A stretch of DNA of 64,000 bases from NCBI GenBank assembly GCA_965243205.1, contig CBDEUK010000002.1:1216001-1280000 (forward strand). Reading direction: 5' to 3'. This document shows, piece by piece, positions 61,554-64,000 of this stretch. Each line of letters starts with the position of its first letter. Position 1 is the first letter of the stretch. Source of the stretch: Gammaproteobacteria bacterium (GTDB taxonomy: Bacteria > Pseudomonadota > Gammaproteobacteria > Eutrophobiales > Eutrophobiaceae). The notes beneath the pieces are model-generated. The model searched no databases. It was not told where the DNA came from and saw only the letters and a program-made list of their open reading frames with translations. A program made the translations under genes and the position numbers.

Positions 61554-62204
61554 GTGACATGGTATGCAGCAGAAATTCTTGCGGAGCCTAGACCTGAGCT
61601 CTTGCAACGCCTAAGCGCATCGCCCTTACTATTAAAGCATCTCTATTTGCTAAAGGGAGAGTGTAACTATGAATTTCACAGCTCTGAAGTTGCGCATTCG
61701 TTTCCTGAACTTGGAATATTAGTGGCTGGCCATTTTTTTGAACCAGGAACACATGGCGAAAGCTGGTTTGACGAGAATTTTATCTCATGGCACGAGTTTT
61801 CTTCTCCTCCTTCACCAAGCTTAAGTTCACTTCTTAATAGATTAAAAGAAATAGAACCCATTGAGGCAGATGATTTTCCGCCTGAGGCCTTTCTGGGGTA
61901 CGTCGAAGCTCTATCAAGAGAATGCAAAGCTAACATTGGTTTTTATAATTGCTTTATGTGGGGTGGTGATATTGAATATGAGGTCACGTATCTATTTCTA
62001 CCAAATCAAGAGCCATCAGCGTTAATAACGAAAACCGGTATTGGCCACACAGTAGTAAGTCCCACGGATATCACTAACGTCAAAGGAAAAGATGCGTTGC
62101 AAAGCACATTGGTATATTTTGGGCTAGAGTTAGAGCAACCATTTTTTGCTCCTCATACTCGGGGTTTTAACTGGTCCCCTTATGCTTGTCATAAAATCAC
62201 ATAA
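61554..62204 (+). CDS. Hypothetical protein (cassette B3)
   Basis: 216-aa ORF, GTG start after AGGAGG; visibly more GC-rich than its neighbours. Confidence 0.7.
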   Translation: MTWYAAEILAEPRPELLQRLSASPLLLKHLYLLKGECNYEFHSSEVAHSFPELGILVAGHFFEPGTHGESWFDENFISWHEFSSPPSPSLSSLLNRLKEIEPIEADDFPPEAFLGYVEALSRECKANIGFYNCFMWGGDIEYEVTYLFLPNQEPSALITKTGIGHTVVSPTDITNVKGKDALQSTLVYFGLELEQPFFAPHTRGFNWSPYACHKIT

Positions 62205-62273
62205 TAATTGTATTCACATGGAAAATTTGTTCTGCTACACGCCGCAAATTCCCGGCGATGCAGTACGTTAGGC
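62199..62273 (+). repeat. attC site B3
   Basis: ACATAAT...TGTATTCAC..GAAAATTTG...CAAATTCC..GCGATGCA-gtac-GTTAGGC. Confidence 0.8.
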
Positions 62274-62276
62274 TTT

Positions 62277-62672
62277 ATGAAAATCTTATTTTTAATTTTA
62301 TTAATCTCAATATCTTCTTGTTCAAAAGTAGATAATGAATATAAATCATTAATTGGGCATTGGACTTGGCATGTTGAGGATCAAGGATTTGGAGAATCTG
62401 GCTTTGTTAAACTTAATAAAGACAAAACCTACACATATTTAATTGAGTCATGGAATCCTACTGAAAAGTTAGCTTTAGATTTCACAGAAAACAATATGAA
62501 CTATTGGCATATAAATAATGAATCTATTTGTTTCAGTAATTCAAAAAATATTGATAGTATTTTAGAAAATAATTGTATATTTCAAATTAAATACTTAGGC
62601 AATTCAATATATAAGCCTTTTATTAAAGGTATTTTTTTACAAGGAGAAATAGAATTAAAGAAAGTAAAATGA
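62277..62672 (+). CDS. Hypothetical lipoprotein (cassette B4)
   Basis: MKILFLILLISISSC lipobox; LIGHW lipocalin-like motif; start placed just after R'. Confidence 0.7.
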   Translation: MKILFLILLISISSCSKVDNEYKSLIGHWTWHVEDQGFGESGFVKLNKDKTYTYLIESWNPTEKLALDFTENNMNYWHINNESICFSNSKNIDSILENNCIFQIKYLGNSIYKPFIKGIFLQGEIELKKVK

Positions 62673-62679
62673 CATTAAA

Positions 62680-62711
62680 GCCTAAAAACTCATTCCAGCG
62701 AACCGCTAGCT
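62680..62711 (+). repeat. Collapsed attC site B4
   Basis: GCCTAAA-aact-CATTCCAGCGAACC-GCTAGCT; L' half missing. Confidence 0.7.
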
Positions 62712-62715
62712 AGCA

Positions 62716-63609
62716 ATGAAAATTTTTCAAAGAAATCACATCAAAAAAATCACGATTATTTTACTTGTATTATTTGCATTAATTTTTAGCACATCCTGGC
62801 ATGTAGGAGGGAAACTTGTTGCTTCTACTAATCATCCTGTTTCGCCTCCAATAGATCTTAATATTTCTAAGTTTTCTATCGAAAGCGAATCTGGAGCTCA
62901 TATCGCTGGTTGGCATATCCCTCTAGATGATCCTAAAGGTATAGTTATGTTGTTACATGGGATTAGAAGCTCACGTTCTGCAATGATCGAGCGCGCACGT
63001 TTATTTAATAGAAACGGCTTTGCGGTAATGATGATCGACTTTCAAGCTCATGGTGAAAGCCTAGGTGAAACCATTACAATTGGTCATCTTGAGAAACATG
63101 ATGTTGTTGCTTTAGTTAATTATACTCGGAAATTATATGCATCTTTACCAATCGTCACTTTAGGAGTTTCAATGGGAGGAGCTGCAGCCTTACTCGCATC
63201 ACCGCTAAATGTAGACGCACTAATTCTCGAATCGGTATACCCTGACATACGAACAGCGGTAAAAAACAGAGTTCGAAAACGCGTTGGGCCACTCTATTGG
63301 ATACCATCTGAATTACTTCTGGCCCAACTGGGCCCCAGACTAGGAATAGAACTACACGAGCTACGACCAATTGATTACATAGAGAAAGTTAATTGCCCTG
63401 TATTCATAATTTCAGGCCTTGAAGATCAACATACTACTATCGAAGACACAAATACTATTTTCGAAAATGCCGCTCAACCAAAAGAATTATGGTTGATAGA
63501 GAATGCAGGGCATATTGATTTATATAACGCTGCCAAAGAGGAATATGAATCTAAAATAATCAATTTTCTCAATGAACATATTGAAGTACTAAATCAAGAT
63601 ACCAGCTAA
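62716..63609 (+). CDS. Alpha/beta hydrolase (cassette B5)
   Basis: LLHGIR, DFQAHGES, GVSMGG, GLEDQH, AGHIDL. Confidence 0.9.
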   Translation: MKIFQRNHIKKITIILLVLFALIFSTSWHVGGKLVASTNHPVSPPIDLNISKFSIESESGAHIAGWHIPLDDPKGIVMLLHGIRSSRSAMIERARLFNRNGFAVMMIDFQAHGESLGETITIGHLEKHDVVALVNYTRKLYASLPIVTLGVSMGGAAALLASPLNVDALILESVYPDIRTAVKNRVRKRVGPLYWIPSELLLAQLGPRLGIELHELRPIDYIEKVNCPVFIISGLEDQHTTIEDTNTIFENAAQPKELWLIENAGHIDLYNAAKEEYESKIINFLNEHIEVLNQDTS

Positions 63610-63660
63610 CAAATCATCCTAGCCGATCGCTAACGTGACAAACTAGATTCGAATTTTATA
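63604..63660 (+). repeat. Degenerate attC site B5
   Basis: AGCTAAC-aaatc-ATCCTAGCCGATCGC resembles the B1 5' half; 3' half eroded. Confidence 0.55.
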
Positions 63661-63677
63661 TATAAGAGAGTTAAATA

Positions 63678-64000
63678 ATGTTTATAGTATCAATTATTGT
63701 AGCAAGTGTTTTAAGCTTCGTAGCCCTACTTCATTTTTATTGGTCATTCGGTGGGTTATATGGATTACACTCAGCAGGTCCTAAATTAGAAGGAGAAAAA
63801 GATTTTGTTCCTCCTAAATTTATTATTTTTATAGTTGCATGTTTAATAGCGGGACTTGCCGCACTCGCTATTCTATTAGAAGTTCCAAATATACCTTTTA
63901 AAAATATGCTGACTTATATTGGATACTTAGTATCAGTAGTTTTTATTCTTCGTTCTATCGGTGATTTTAAGTATGTTGGATTTTTTAAGACTATATATAA
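63678..64000 (+). CDS. DUF3995-like membrane protein, partial (cassette B6; absent from the ORF track)
   Basis: Manual translation MFIVSII...LHFYWSFGG...LRSIGDFKYVGFFK; runs off the window. Confidence 0.75.
   Translation, partial: MFIVSIIVASVLSFVALLHFYWSFGGLYGLHSAGPKLEGEKDFVPPKFIIFIVACLIAGLAALAILLEVPNIPFKNMLTYIGYLVSVVFILRSIGDFKYVGFFKTIY

Larger units (their letters stand above)
60490..64000 (+). mobile_element. Integron-type gene cassette array B (at least six cassettes, runs off the window; no integrase upstream)
   Basis: Co-oriented unrelated ORFs separated by attC-like sites; each R'' is complementary to the preceding R'. Confidence 0.88.

Noticed and set aside
62208-62276. ORF-track start of cassette B4
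   Set aside because: This stretch is attC B3; the signal peptide begins at ATG 62277.
1703-63370. Many 60-116 aa ORFs overlapping larger genes (e.g. 2420-2770, 34121-34471, 45934-46239, 52279-52575)
   Set aside because: Antisense or alternate-frame shadows of well-supported genes, with no motifs.
60846-63660. CRISPR array or REP/BIME repeats
   Set aside because: Repeats are non-identical imperfect palindromes separated by whole genes; no cas genes.

Overview
AT-rich chromosomal segment of a Gammaproteobacterium, probably marine (taxon inferred from gene content). The backbone is housekeeping: glcB, sulP, uvrA-yajR-ssb, cysI, zapE, rmuC, oxyR, degQ, coq7, rplM-rpsI, htpX, bcp, greB, lemA, uup. 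The main finding is two integron-type gene-cassette arrays about 57 kb apart: a decayed one at ~3.2-6.9 kb and a fresher one from 60.5 kb to the window end. Neither has an integrase beside its start. Both begin with the same leader module: 48/65 nt ungapped identity, then an attI-like TATAA-N6-G^TTA simple site. The module carries a strong Shine-Dalgarno and a ~20-codon leader ORF (shared K..N.IIRN.F..YN.L) that ends at the first cassette. This suggests dispersed, integrase-less cassette-capture and expression platforms (inference). Also notable: a sigma54 activator with a truncated-hemoglobin domain fused after its HTH, divergent from a -24/-12 promoter driving an exported cupin and an exported truncated globin; a Pho-box-preceded plcP/agt/olsF-like lipid-remodelling operon; two small genes with sigma28-like promoters; and two genes damaged at their 5' ends, each with a short tandem duplication. 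No rRNA, tRNA or CRISPR array was recognised.
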